Below are positions 9,363 to 19,807 of a stretch of DNA of 64,000 bases, piece after piece. Location: positions 1-64,000 of the IMG/VR virus record IMGVR_UViG_3300010389_000001; one strand, 5' to 3'. The translations under genes were made by a program, and so were the position numbers. Each line of letters starts with the position of its first letter. The stretch's first letter is position 1. The notes beneath the pieces were generated by a model that ran no database searches, was not told where the DNA came from, and worked only from the letters and a program-made list of their open reading frames with translations.

Positions 9363-10265
9363 ATGGCTAAGGCATCGACCCTGATTGAAGAAACCGACGC
9401 CCGTATCGCGGAGGGCATCATCGCGAGCATCGATGACGCGGAAGCCCGTGGCGTCAAGTGGGTCCCCGGGTGGGACCGTTCGGCTGGGTTCCCCTCGAAC
9501 CCGGTTACGGGCCGCCAGTATGGCGGAAACTACAACGGGCTCGTGCTGCTGATTGCAGCATCGCAATTCGGCGACAGCCGGTTCGCTGGCCGTAGCCAGT
9601 GGCGAACCAAGGGGAATGTCATTCCCCGGGACACCATTGGGACGAAAATCTTCTTTCCCCGGTTTGTGTGCGTCAAGTGCAACAAGATCGCGGGATTCGC
9701 GAAGAAGTGCTCCGGTTGTGGAGCCCAATTCAAGCGATACACCGACAAGCGGTGCATCGGCTTTGGCGAGTCTGAGGTTTTCAACAATTTGCAAGGCGAA
9801 ACCCCGTTGCCCGAGGCCGGGTCCGATTGGGAAGTTACGTGCGAGGAAGCTCGCAAGATTGTGGAGAAGGCTGGCGCGGATGTCCGCCACGGCGGTGGGC
9901 GTGCGTTCTACTCCCCGAAGGAGGACCGTATTCAGCTTCCCGAGATGGCTTCCTTTCACGATGAAGCGGCCTACTGGGCCACGAGCTTGCACGAGCATGC
10001 ACACTGGACCGGCCATAAGACGCGGCTCGCCCGTCCTGGCATCGTCAACATGACGGGCTTTGGTTCGGCCGAGTACGCATACGAGGAGCTTGTGGCGGAA
10101 ATTTCCGCGAGCTTCCTGTGCAAGCATGCGGGTGTGCAGCGTGAGGGTCTTGACGACCAGCATGCTGCCTACCTCGCCAGCTGGCGAAAGGCTCTGAGCG
10201 ACGACCCTTCCATCATCCGCAAGGCAGCGGGGGAAGCTGGCAAGGTGCTCCGCTACCTGACCTGA
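9363..10265 (+). CDS. ardC: ArdC-like antirestriction/ssDNA-binding protein (DUF1738 plus zincin domain) with a Zn-ribbon insert
   Basis: NPVTGRQYGG.N, AFYSPKEDRIQLP, LHEHAHWTGH, YAYEELVAE, HAAYLASW; CxxC...CxxC insert. Confidence 0.88.
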   Translation: MAKASTLIEETDARIAEGIIASIDDAEARGVKWVPGWDRSAGFPSNPVTGRQYGGNYNGLVLLIAASQFGDSRFAGRSQWRTKGNVIPRDTIGTKIFFPRFVCVKCNKIAGFAKKCSGCGAQFKRYTDKRCIGFGESEVFNNLQGETPLPEAGSDWEVTCEEARKIVEKAGADVRHGGGRAFYSPKEDRIQLPEMASFHDEAAYWATSLHEHAHWTGHKTRLARPGIVNMTGFGSAEYAYEELVAEISASFLCKHAGVQREGLDDQHAAYLASWRKALSDDPSIIRKAAGEAGKVLRYLT

Positions 10266-10563
10266 TCTGCCCGGCCCCGGGAATTCCCGGGGCCTTTCGC
10301 GCTCGTGTGAATGTAAATATTTTGTTTGCCGGAAATGTAAATGATTTGCCCGGGGTCGTGCCCCGATCCGGCCTGCGGCCGGGGCAAAATGTTTACGTAA
10401 GTGTGTAAAAAGAGGGTAAATTTGTAGGCAAAGTATTTACACAGAGTCACTCACACGCAGGCAAATCATTTACATTCTCTTTGCCTTCCTTCGGGCAATC
10501 TATTTACATAGAAAATTGATCTCTTATCCTAGTTGGGTTATAGGGTAGTGTAGGGAGGTTCCG

Positions 10564-10764
10564 ATGGATTGGCAAAGGTTGATTGCTCTGGCGATGATTG
10601 CAGAGCAGGTTGATGCTTGGCTCACAGCTAAGGTTTGCCTGGCCTTCTTCCAAAAGAATGGCATGGAAATTTCTGAAGATATGTGGCAAGAAGCCGCAAA
10701 GCTGGATATGGAGCTAGAAGGAATGATGATGACGGCCGACGGCTGGATATCCGGGGAAGCGTGA
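10564..10764 (+). CDS. Hypothetical early protein
   Basis: Promoter at 10516 and GGAGGT RBS. Confidence 0.6.
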   Translation: MDWQRLIALAMIAEQVDAWLTAKVCLAFFQKNGMEISEDMWQEAAKLDMELEGMMMTADGWISGEA

Positions 10765-10895
10765 GAAACCTGGGTCGGGGGGAGAGGGTGACTCCCCCCG
10801 GCCTCTCACCGCTCTGTAAATTGTTTGCCCGGGCTTTCCCCATTTTTTATTGCGCTTTTTCTCTGAATCGGTTATCAGTCTTGTAGGAGGTAGCG

Positions 10896-11081
10896 ATGGA
10901 AAAGCATTCCACCCACATCCGGTGCGCGTTCTGCGGCTGGAAAGCACTCAAGTTCCGCAAGCTAAAGTCTGGAAAGACTCGCGGCCCGGATGCAGCCTTT
11001 CAGATGCTGTTTAACCATGCGGCCGCGCATCATCCGGAGCAATTTGACAAGGCTTTTCCCGACCGCTTTGAGGAGGAGTGA
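10896..11081 (+). CDS. Small C2H2-type zinc-binding protein
   Basis: CAFC...HAAAHH; AGGAGGT RBS. Confidence 0.55.
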   Translation: MEKHSTHIRCAFCGWKALKFRKLKSGKTRGPDAAFQMLFNHAAAHHPEQFDKAFPDRFEEE

Positions 11082-11381
11082 GTCGGGGGGTAAATTATTT
11101 ACACAAGCGTGTAAATAGATTGCCTGGATGGCTGATGGATATTGTGGCTTCATTCGGGCAATCTATTTACATAATTAGACCCAACCCTCTGGGCAATCTA
11201 TTTACATTGCCTTCCCATCGTTCGGGCAAAATAGTTACCTAATCCATTTCTCTCCCGGGGCAAACTGTTTACACAATCGCCTTGGTCCCCGGGCAAACTG
11301 TTTACATAGAAAATTGATCTCTTATCCTAGTCGGGTTATATGGTAGCGTGAGGGACGAACCCTCGCAGGAGGTAAACAACA

Positions 11382-11783
11382 ATGGCTAACATCTTCACCA
11401 CCGAGACCACCGAGAGCGCCGTCCAGAACATCAAGGGCACCATGCGCGTGTACCGCGACGACGACGGAGAGGCTTACGTCTCTTTTGCAACGAACAAGGG
11501 GAAGGGCAGCGGTGCCCAGGTTATCCCCGTCGCTGAATTCGCCGATTGCGTTGCAGCCTTGGCGGAAATTTCTTCCAACGGTCTGCCTGAAGTGGAGGAG
11601 GAAATCTCTACCTCCGAGTCGATTCGTCGCACGGCAGCTCTGTCCGATGGGGTTATTTCCTTCCGGGTTCGCTCCGGAAAGGGAGCTAAGCCTGCCAAGG
11701 TTTCCAGCGATGAACTTGCCGACGTGGTAAAGCTTCTCCAGGGAACCGTCAAGGCTGTGGAGAAAGCAGCGAAGGATCTCTAG
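11382..11783 (+). CDS. Tandem-domain GKG protein, paralog 1
   Basis: SFATNKGKGSGAQVIP and SFRVRSGKGAKPAKV internal repeat; paralogs at 17372 and 34141. Confidence 0.8.
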   Translation: MANIFTTETTESAVQNIKGTMRVYRDDDGEAYVSFATNKGKGSGAQVIPVAEFADCVAALAEISSNGLPEVEEEISTSESIRRTAALSDGVISFRVRSGKGAKPAKVSSDELADVVKLLQGTVKAVEKAAKDL

Positions 11784-12377
11784 AGCGAAGGCCCATGGCA
11801 CGCGGGCTAAAGCGTGCCGCCCCTTGGGGCGTATGCCTGAAATGTAAATAAATTGCCCGGGGAGGTGCGCGTGCTTGCAAACGTGCTGGACCTTTCTAAC
11901 GCTCATGTTCCGGGCCCAACTCCAAATTGGGGACGGGTGCGCGTGGTTGAGCATGAATTCGGATGGATTGTCTTTATCTCTGGTGACCTTGGAGATAGGG
12001 AGGCCCGTCGAACGGTTCCCGATTGGATGCTTGGAATTTGGAAGCATGCTGTAAATGAGGGCTGCATCGCTGTCATATTCGACAGAGACGCGGACGTGGA
12101 TGATCGTTTTCTGAAATTCAATTGGTGAGCTAATGGAAGGTCGGCGAAAGCCGAACTTCCTTTCTTTGTTTTCTGTAAACATTTTGCCTGAGCTTCTTTG
12201 TAAATATTTTGCCCGGGCTTGTGTGTTGGTATCCGGAAAGCAAGGGGATATTACTTATCAGGTAATATCCCCGGGCAAAACGTTTACTTAATTGGTGCGC
12301 ACACGCAGGCAAACTGTTTACTCAGAAAATTGCTCTCTTATCCTAGTTGGGTTATAGGGTAGCGTAAGGAGGTTGAG

Positions 12378-12680
12378 ATGAGCAACTTGGTTGGTGCGCC
12401 GGAAGAGGTTTTGGTTGTCCACAGGCTTCTTGTGGAAAACGCTGAGGAAGCAGGGTACGATGCCTCCTTTGTGTATTGTCGCGAAGAGAGGTGCTATCCT
12501 GACTACGAGCCTTCGGGAAATTGGCTCGTCGGGCCAAACATGGAAGGCTTCGGAGGCACCATGGTTCGCACGTCTGCTGGTAATTGGTTTTACCGCGAGG
12601 CATGGAGCGGCGAGGACATCCCGATGAAGGCTGGCTTTGAAGAAGCCAAGTCCGATGCATCATGCTGGTTCACGGGGTGA
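12378..12680 (+). CDS. Hypothetical early protein
   Basis: Promoter at 12330 and RBS. Confidence 0.65.
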   Translation: MSNLVGAPEEVLVVHRLLVENAEEAGYDASFVYCREERCYPDYEPSGNWLVGPNMEGFGGTMVRTSAGNWFYREAWSGEDIPMKAGFEEAKSDASCWFTG

Positions 12681-13034
12681 CCCGCCCCTCCGGGGCAATC
12701 TATTTACAGAGCCTCCGGGCAAAATGTTTGCAAAACAAAATGTTTACCCTGTAAATAGATTGCCCGGTGGCTTTGGCTCAAACAAAATATTTACTTATCT
12801 CTGAGCCAGCAGGGCAAATCATTTACATAGAAAATTGATCTCTTATCCTAGTTCGGTTATATGGTAGCGTAAGGAGGTTGGAATGGAATGGACGGAAATT
12901 TACGTGGCTATCTACAGGGCTACGTGCGATAGGTGCGGGCATGCGGGTCAAGGTTGGTTCTGGATTAAGGGGACCCATGATAGGGGAACCCTCTGCATTG
13001 ACTGTTACCACCGGCAAGGTTAAGGGAGGCTCCT

Positions 13035-14097
13035 ATGGAAGATGAATTGGAATATCACCAATGCGACCGTGATTCGTCTTGGTGGGAAAATGATTATCAG
13101 GGAATTCCCCTTGCGAGGGTTTGCGATAGATGTTATGAAGCTAAGATGGCACGTTTCCGTCCGGAGATTCTCACCGGGTATTCTCAAGGCGACGTTGACG
13201 AGCCAATCGACCCCGATTGGTAATGGGTCGCCTGATTCCTTCTAAAGAATTGGATAAAGCAACACGCACAAGAGGTTTATCATGGCAAACTCAGACGTGA
13301 TCAAGGCATGGGTCCGCGAGGAAGCGTGCAGTTCACAAAACCTTAGCACCGATGGTATTTCTCTTTGGAGTTATCGTCTTAAGATTGGAGATACTATCTG
13401 CGGAAAGAAGGTCGTGTATGACCACACGTCCAATGGTCTAGGGTTTGTTTCCAGAACAACATCTAAGCATGTGGGTCTCGCTAAGTATGAATGCTCCAAG
13501 TAAACCAGGCTGGTATTGGTATAATGATGGTGGAGAATGGGAGGTAGTATTGGTTAGGGGAAATAAATTCCTTTACGTCAAGAGGCTTTCGGGTTATACT
13601 CAGTCGGGCGTGCCACTCTCATGCGTGCGTGGAACTTGGGGCTCTGAAGTTAAGCGAGGTGAATAATGGGCATCACAATCTTTCTAGAAGAAGAATACGG
13701 CTACCGTTACTGGCTGTGGGAAACGGGCATGGACGCGGAAGCGCTCATGTGGTGGTGGTCTAGCCTTTCCTCTGTCGATGAATACTTCTTCGATCCTACA
13801 GGGCTTCCTGGAAAGCTTACGCAGCTGTTTGACTTTACGGACACGCTTGTGGCTAACGTCCTCTCTGAAGATATTGAAGAGGATATTAAGAATAAGAAGC
13901 TAGAAAAGCTGTTTCGCAGTAATCCTATCTGGATTAAGAGCGGAGATATGGGCTATGACCCTCACGCGACCCATGTGGACGTGCCTGGACTAACGGACGG
14001 GTGGACCGCGCACGTCCACATGAACGATGATTCATGGATTAAGCCGCCTGGTAATAAAGAGATATGCCTTGGAGGTAACGATGGTTCGAACCGCTAG
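13035..14097 (+). CDS. Cluster of small hypothetical proteins (13035-13223, 13282-13503, ~13487-13666, 13666-14097)
   Basis: Tightly packed ORFs with RBSs after the promoter at 12835. Confidence 0.55.
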
Positions 14098-14818
14098 AAC
14101 CCTTGGTTACATAATCCTTAGCTTTCTGGATTATGTGGCCGAAAGAAGAGATAGCAGAGTGGGCATTAAAGATGCTGTTCAATCTGCTTTGAGACGCCCG
14201 GTTTAATCCGGGCTTTGTTGTGCCTTTCTTTGGCCTTATTACTTAGCTAAGTAATAAGCTCAGGCAAAATGTTTACTTAAATCTGAGATTCCCTCGGGCA
14301 AAATATTTACATTAAATGTGAGAACTACTTACATTCCATCGGGCAAATTGTTTACTTAACCAGTAAGAGGCCATTACATAACATAGTAAATGGTTTGCCC
14401 GGCGCGCTTTTTGTTTTCTATCTTTTCTGAATAATTAAGACTCAAGTTATTATTTGGGAAATAAATAATAACTTAACTCTACCTTAATAGGGGCTAATGA
14501 TTATTTTTCAAAATCCATTTAATCATCCAAGTCGCGGTAACCAGATGAGGATTCTCTGGATTGTTAATATGAAGGTTTCTTAGAAGCCAGCGAAGATTAG
14601 GATTCGTTAGATTCTTTCTCATTTGGGGAACCGACATTTGATCCAAAACCTTTTGGAGTTCCGCCTTCTGATTGGTCAGATCCTTAACAGACATAATCTA
14701 TAGCCCTCTTTGTTAAAAGATTTCTACTGGTTTGTTTTGTTATTTGACTTGCTTTGTTAGATGCCCCTCGCGCGGGGGGCGAGAAGGGGGCGTGTGCGCG
14801 CGGAAGAACGCGTTAGCT

Positions 14819-15028
14819 TTACGGGCTTTTTTCTCTTTTTGAAGCTCCGGGCGGAGTCGGGCTGATCTTCTTTCGGATCCTTAGCTTTTCTTGAATATCT
14901 AACTCACACATCCCACAACATGATCCAGCTCCGGAAGCTTGAGTTATTTCATGAAGATCCTTTGCTCCCCTGTCAATTAAGGCCTCTACTGCTTTGTCTG
15001 TAATTCCTTTGCAGATGCAGAGTATCAT
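14819..15028 (-). CDS. bfd: Bacterioferritin-associated ferredoxin-like [2Fe-2S] protein
   Basis: MILCICKGIT...GAGSCCGMC matches the BFD CxC...CxxC pattern. Confidence 0.8.
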   Translation of the reverse strand: MILCICKGITDKAVEALIDRGAKDLHEITQASGAGSCCGMCELDIQEKLRIRKKISPTPPGASKREKSP

Positions 15029-15409
15029 TGCTTTGCCTTTTTGGGGAGTCCCCTTGTTAAGTGTATAATAAATTACCAGATTGATTTTGTCAACTATTTT
15101 TTTTAAAAAGTTATTCCGACCATTGCGAGCCCGATGTAATCTATCTTTCTTTGATCTTCTGCCCGGTTATTTGCGGGGCAAAAAAAGTTGTAAAAAAATT
15201 CTTTTGTCTTTTTAATCATTTTCTTTTCGCCTTTCTAATCTTTATTTATTTTGGCTGCGGCTAGCCGCCGGTTGCCCCTGGGGTTTTTATAACCCGTTTT
15301 CCTCATGGCCGCCCCATTTTTTTGGAGCCAACCCTATGGGGCAAAATATTAACAGAAAAAATTGATCTCTTATCCTAGTCGGGTTATATAGAGGTGCAGG
15401 GAGGTTGGA

Positions 15410-15736
15410 ATGGGACTTGACCAATACGCTTTTGCTGTGAAGGACGATGAGCGGATCGAGATTATGTACTGGAGGAAGCATGCCAACCTCGAAGGTTGGA
15501 TGGCTGATCTTTATAAGCAACGCGGTGGAAAGGGGCAGTTTAACTGCGTTGACTTGAAGCTCTTTGAAGATGATATTCTTCGATTGAGAAAAGAGCATCG
15601 TGAGCTTCGCAAGGCTTCCGGGTTCTTTTGGGGTGAATCAAGTCTGGCAAAGGTGGAAAATACTCACGAGTTTATTCAGAAGGCTTTGCAATATCAGAGC
15701 GAAGGCTATGATATTATCTACACCTCCTGGTGGTAG
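15410..15736 (+). CDS. Conserved phage hypothetical protein
   Basis: MGLDQY...YWRKHANLEGWM...GFFWG...YTSWW; promoter at 15362. Confidence 0.75.
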   Translation: MGLDQYAFAVKDDERIEIMYWRKHANLEGWMADLYKQRGGKGQFNCVDLKLFEDDILRLRKEHRELRKASGFFWGESSLAKVENTHEFIQKALQYQSEGYDIIYTSWW

Positions 15737-16427
15737 GGATTGTTAGCAATAAAGCTAGCTACTTTATTGCGGCATAATGGGCGAGAGTTACTCCGGGGTT
15801 CGACTCCCCGGTCGTCAAGAGACGGAATTTGGCCAGTAACCACTCGGTTTCTAAATAAGCGTTGTGGCTAATGCTTATTTAGAGGCGAAGGGAAAGGCGG
15901 GTTATGAAGCCACTTGTAACCCGCCCGACCCTGACCCAGCCGCTGGGCAATCTATTTACCGAAATTATTGCTCTCTTATCCTAGTTCGGTTATAGGGTAG
16001 TGTGGGAGGTGATCGATGGAATGGACGGCTACTTCAATTCTCTCCGGGGTCGAGCGGACCTTGGTTGTCCCTGGCTTGACCGAGGACGCCGTAACCCGTT
16101 GGCAGGCCGGTGAGCTAATCCAGAATGCTATGCCGGATATTGATCCGGAGTGGCGCGAGTTTGTTATGACCGGGATTACTCCCGATGAATGGACCAATCT
16201 TATTGGCGAGGGAGGTGAGTGATGGCCTTTGGAATTCGTCGCCGCAGTCGGAACAGTGATGCTTACGAAGTTTGTATCACCAATATGTATGGAATGGTTC
16301 GACTAGAAGATTTCTGGTCGCCATATAAGGGTGCTACAAAAGAAGAGTGTGAAGAGTATATCGAGCGGATTAAAGCCGCATCAAAAGAGATTGAGAAAGA
16401 TATTCTCGGAAGGAGAAGGAGAGGTGA

Positions 16428-16700
16428 GTGATGGAAGGTAATGCTGATAATGAGCGTCCCTTGTGGAGCCCTTCTCCGCGTCAATCTCCGCCATCATATG
16501 GAGAGGTTCCTCTTCAATTGCTTCGCTGGGGATTGGGGCGCGGAGAGTTTACTAGCCGTCAAGCTTCAGAGGGACTTAATGTTGCTTATCGTGTCGCGGT
16601 TAGAGGGGTAAATAAACTCGCCGATCTTGGATTGGCTGTTGACGTTGGAAAGGATCGGCAAGCCACGCTGTGGACCGTTTCTGTTTCCTGGTCTGATTAA
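16428..16700 (+). CDS. Possible winged-helix DNA-binding protein
   Basis: FTSRQASEGLNVAYRVAVRGVNKLADLGLAV is HTH-like. Confidence 0.45.
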   Translation: MMEGNADNERPLWSPSPRQSPPSYGEVPLQLLRWGLGRGEFTSRQASEGLNVAYRVAVRGVNKLADLGLAVDVGKDRQATLWTVSVSWSD

Positions 16701-16855
16701 CTAATTCCTCCGGGGTAAGATCTTGGCATCTACCCCGCCGGGGCAAACTATTTACAAAGCCCCGGGGCAAAACATTTACAAAACAAAATATTTACATTGT
16801 AAATGTTTTGCCCCGGCCTTGTTACTTCGCGAAGTAACAAGGCCTTTGAGGCTTT

Positions 16856-17140
16856 TTATTCCGCCCTCACAACCTCCCCTGTAAACATCCCATAGACAAC
16901 CTCTAGGAGATTTTCTTTCCCAAGGTCTTCGGGGTTTACATAATTCCCCCATGGCACAGGAGACGTGGTGTAAGTGCCATTCCACTCGCCACCTAGAATC
17001 ATGACAGTTTCCTCATGAGACTTGGGGACAGTTACCATAGTGTCTCCCCTCTTATATGAGACTCCAACACGGGTCAGTTGCATAGCAGACTTCTCAAAGC
17101 CAAGCTTCCGCATCCGGGCAAAAAAGCTACGTCGGGTCAT
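16856..17140 (-). CDS. Hypothetical protein (inverted module)
   Basis: Conserved promoter on the minus strand at 17161-17187 and AGGAGGT RBS. Confidence 0.7.
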   Translation of the reverse strand: MTRRSFFARMRKLGFEKSAMQLTRVGVSYKRGDTMVTVPKSHEETVMILGGEWNGTYTTSPVPWGNYVNPEDLGKENLLEVVYGMFTGEVVRAE

Positions 17141-17371
17141 GGGCTACCTCCTACGCCTCTACATAACCCGACTAGGATAAGAGGCAAATAATTTGGGGCG
17201 GGGCCTCCGGGCAAACTATTTACATAATCCCAGGGGCAAACTGTTTACCGAAATTATTGACCTCTTATCCTAGTTCGGTTATATGGTAGTGTGAGGAGGG
17301 GGAGGCAGAAAAAAGCGAAAAACGCTTGACCCCTCATCGCCAGCCTGTTAATCCACCGTAGGAGGTATCCG

Positions 17372-17803
17372 ATGGCTAACATCTTCAGCAACGACAGCAA
17401 CGAGAGCCCGCTCACCGTTATCCGCCAGACCATGAGCGTTTCGCTCGACGACGGGGGAACCCCGGTTGTCAGCTTTGCCACGAACCGTGGCAAGGGTTCG
17501 GGCGCCCAGACCATGCCGGTCGACCAGTTTGATGCCTATGTGGCTACTCTGGAGGGTTACGTCGCTGATGGCATTCCAGAGGGAACGCCAGAGGAAAACC
17601 TGACTGCTGCGGAGTCTGTGACCCGCACTATCAAGCTGGATGACGGGGTTATCTCGTTCCGTGTCCGGTCTGGTAAGGGCGCGAAGCCCGCGAAGATTCC
17701 TTCCGAGGACTTCGCGGAGACTGTCAAGCTGCTTCGCTCGACTGTTGCGGCCGTTCAGTCTGCGGGGGAGGGCCTTACCTCTTCCGATGACAGCGACGAG
17801 TAA
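17372..17803 (+). CDS. Tandem-domain GKG protein, paralog 2
   Basis: High similarity to 11382-11783. Confidence 0.8.
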   Translation: MANIFSNDSNESPLTVIRQTMSVSLDDGGTPVVSFATNRGKGSGAQTMPVDQFDAYVATLEGYVADGIPEGTPEENLTAAESVTRTIKLDDGVISFRVRSGKGAKPAKIPSEDFAETVKLLRSTVAAVQSAGEGLTSSDDSDE

Positions 17804-17856
17804 ACGCTCGCACACCCGCTGGCACACCGGGTAAAGTGTGCCACGTTTTATTAACC

Positions 17857-17890
17857 GGGGGAGCGCGACTTTTCGCGCTCCCCCTTTTTT
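17857..17890 (+). terminator. Rho-independent terminator
   Basis: GGGGGAGCGCGA/TCGCGCTCCCCC stem and T-tract. Confidence 0.75.
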
Positions 17891-18293
17891 GTGTCCGCGC
17901 GCCAGTTTATGTAAACATTTTGTTTCCCCTTATCTAAGGGTCGACCACATGCGCCCGCGCAAAATATTTACAAAACTTGGGGCAAAATGTTTACAAAGGC
18001 TAAATGAAAATGATTTTCAATTAGATTACTATGTAATATAGAATAAAATGAATTTTTATATTATATATACTATGTAATAGTAATATTTCAGGGGCCTAAG
18101 AATTTTTCTGGTTAGCCCTTTAGTCCGCATCATTCTCAGGGCAATCTGTTTACACAAAGTTCTGATCCACCCTGTAAAGAGATTGTGAAGGCAGCCAGGA
18201 ATTTCTTGCACCATATCCCGGCTCGGTTATATGTAGGCGAGGGTAGCGAAGCACGCCAAACCCTCGCAACATAGAAAGAAGGGATAAGACGTT

Positions 18294-18746
18294 ATGTCCA
18301 AGACTCCTAGTGACCTCTCTCCAGTTGAAGCTATGGCCCTTGCTCAAGCTATCCGTATCTCGGATTGCAATGATGTTTCTGCTTTGCCGGAACAGACCTC
18401 TCAACCCGTGGACTTTACTGTCCATGTAAAGGGGAATGTTACGCGCGGCGTAGGCACTCCCAGGCGGGGCACTAACCGCGCACGTACGAGCGCAAGCATG
18501 ATCATGCTACTTGTGTCCTCTGGCGTTACTCGCAACCACTCTCCACGTCAGATTATCGAGAAGTGGTCAGAGATTGGCACGCTTGATAAGGATGGTTTCA
18601 GCCTTCTCTATGAGTCTCTTTCCGATGAAGAGAGGGCGCTTTATGATGAGTGCATCTCTCTTTTTGAACAAGAGATTGTTGGAAAGCTGCCTCTTATCCC
18701 TGTAAAGGGTGGAGTAAAGTTTAAGGGTAACATTACAAAAGAATAA
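18294..18746 (+). CDS. Hypothetical protein
   Basis: Follows the promoter variant at 18206. Confidence 0.65.
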   Translation: MSKTPSDLSPVEAMALAQAIRISDCNDVSALPEQTSQPVDFTVHVKGNVTRGVGTPRRGTNRARTSASMIMLLVSSGVTRNHSPRQIIEKWSEIGTLDKDGFSLLYESLSDEERALYDECISLFEQEIVGKLPLIPVKGGVKFKGNITKE

Positions 18747-18841
18747 GGTTATGGCGCCCCGTTTGGGGCGCCTTTAACCGGCTCTTAAACTTTATTGCAT
18801 CATATCCAGGCTCGGTTATAGGTAAGTGTAGGGAGGTTACC

Positions 18842-19480
18842 ATGAACTTGACGGAAGCAAAGCTGATTACTGGCCATAAGTCTGGACTCGGAAAGCCCAG
18901 TAAGATGCCCGGTTTCTCTACTGCTATCTCTCCAAAGTCTTGCAAGGTTGGCTCCAAGCTTGCCAAGGTTGAGGGGTCTGTTTGCTCTAAGTGTTACGCT
19001 TTCAAGGGAAACTATACCTTCCCTGGTGTTGTGGCCGCTCATAAGGCGCGAGAGGCCGCGCTCTCTCATCCCCAATGGGTTGAGGCTATGACCCTGCTTA
19101 TCGGTCATTACACCGATGAGTCTGATCCTTACTTCCGGATTCATGATTCCGGAGACTTGCAGGATGAAAACCACCTTATGTTGTGGGTTCAGGTTGCCCG
19201 TAACTTGCCTTGGGTTAACTTCTGGATGCCCACTAAGGAAAGCAGCCTAGTAAAGCAGGTTATGTCAAAGGTTTCTGACTGGCCAGAAAACCTGACTATC
19301 CGCATCTCTGCCCCGATGATTGGGAAGTCTCCTCCGGCTTCTATGGCGGGCTACCTTACCTCGACTGTTCAGGCAGAGGAAGGCGAAGAGTGCCGCGCTT
19401 ACACCCGAGATAACAAGTGCGGTCCCTGCCGCGCCTGTTGGGATAAGCGGGTGCAAAACATCGATTACCATGTGCAGTGA
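18842..19480 (+). CDS. Gp88-like Cys-rich phage protein
   Basis: SKMPG, C..GSKL...CSKCYA, FRIHDSGD, CGPCRACWD. Confidence 0.75.
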   Translation: MNLTEAKLITGHKSGLGKPSKMPGFSTAISPKSCKVGSKLAKVEGSVCSKCYAFKGNYTFPGVVAAHKAREAALSHPQWVEAMTLLIGHYTDESDPYFRIHDSGDLQDENHLMLWVQVARNLPWVNFWMPTKESSLVKQVMSKVSDWPENLTIRISAPMIGKSPPASMAGYLTSTVQAEEGEECRAYTRDNKCGPCRACWDKRVQNIDYHVQ

Positions 19481-19807
19481 TTGGAGGTAACAATGGAATA
19501 TAAGACGCATAATAACGCGCAGATTAACCCCACTGGCACCCACTTGCAGGGTTATCTAAATGCTGGATATAACGAACTAGTAAGGGCCTTTGGGTACCCG
19601 CAAGGTTCAGATGGTTATAAAGTCGATGCAGAGTGGACTATTAAGTTTTCCAGCGGGGAAGTAGCTACTGTTTATAACTGGAAGAATGGCATTAACTATT
19701 GCGGTGCCTCTGGCCTTCATGCGAGCCAGATCACACACTGGCATATTGGCGGGTTTAGCGAAGAGGTTGTCGACCTTGTAAAGTCGGCCCTCGGCCAGGA
19801 TCAATAA
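19481..19807 (+). CDS. Conserved phage hypothetical protein
   Basis: GTHLQG, KVDAEW, ATVYNWK, WHIGG. Confidence 0.65.
   Translation: MEVTMEYKTHNNAQINPTGTHLQGYLNAGYNELVRAFGYPQGSDGYKVDAEWTIKFSSGEVATVYNWKNGINYCGASGLHASQITHWHIGGFSEEVVDLVKSALGQDQ

Noticed and set aside
11156-11306. 16-bp repeats with 17-19-nt unique spacers resembling a mini-CRISPR or guide-RNA array
   Set aside because: Repeats are short and internally degenerate, occur singly and in both orientations, lie upstream of promoters at a fixed phase, and no cas-like gene is in the window; DNA binding sites fit better
4045-18425. Many minus-strand ORFs ending in similar peptides (YNPTRIRDQ, HITRLG, ITGLG)
   Set aside because: Antisense translations of the repeated promoter in GC-rich DNA, not a protein family
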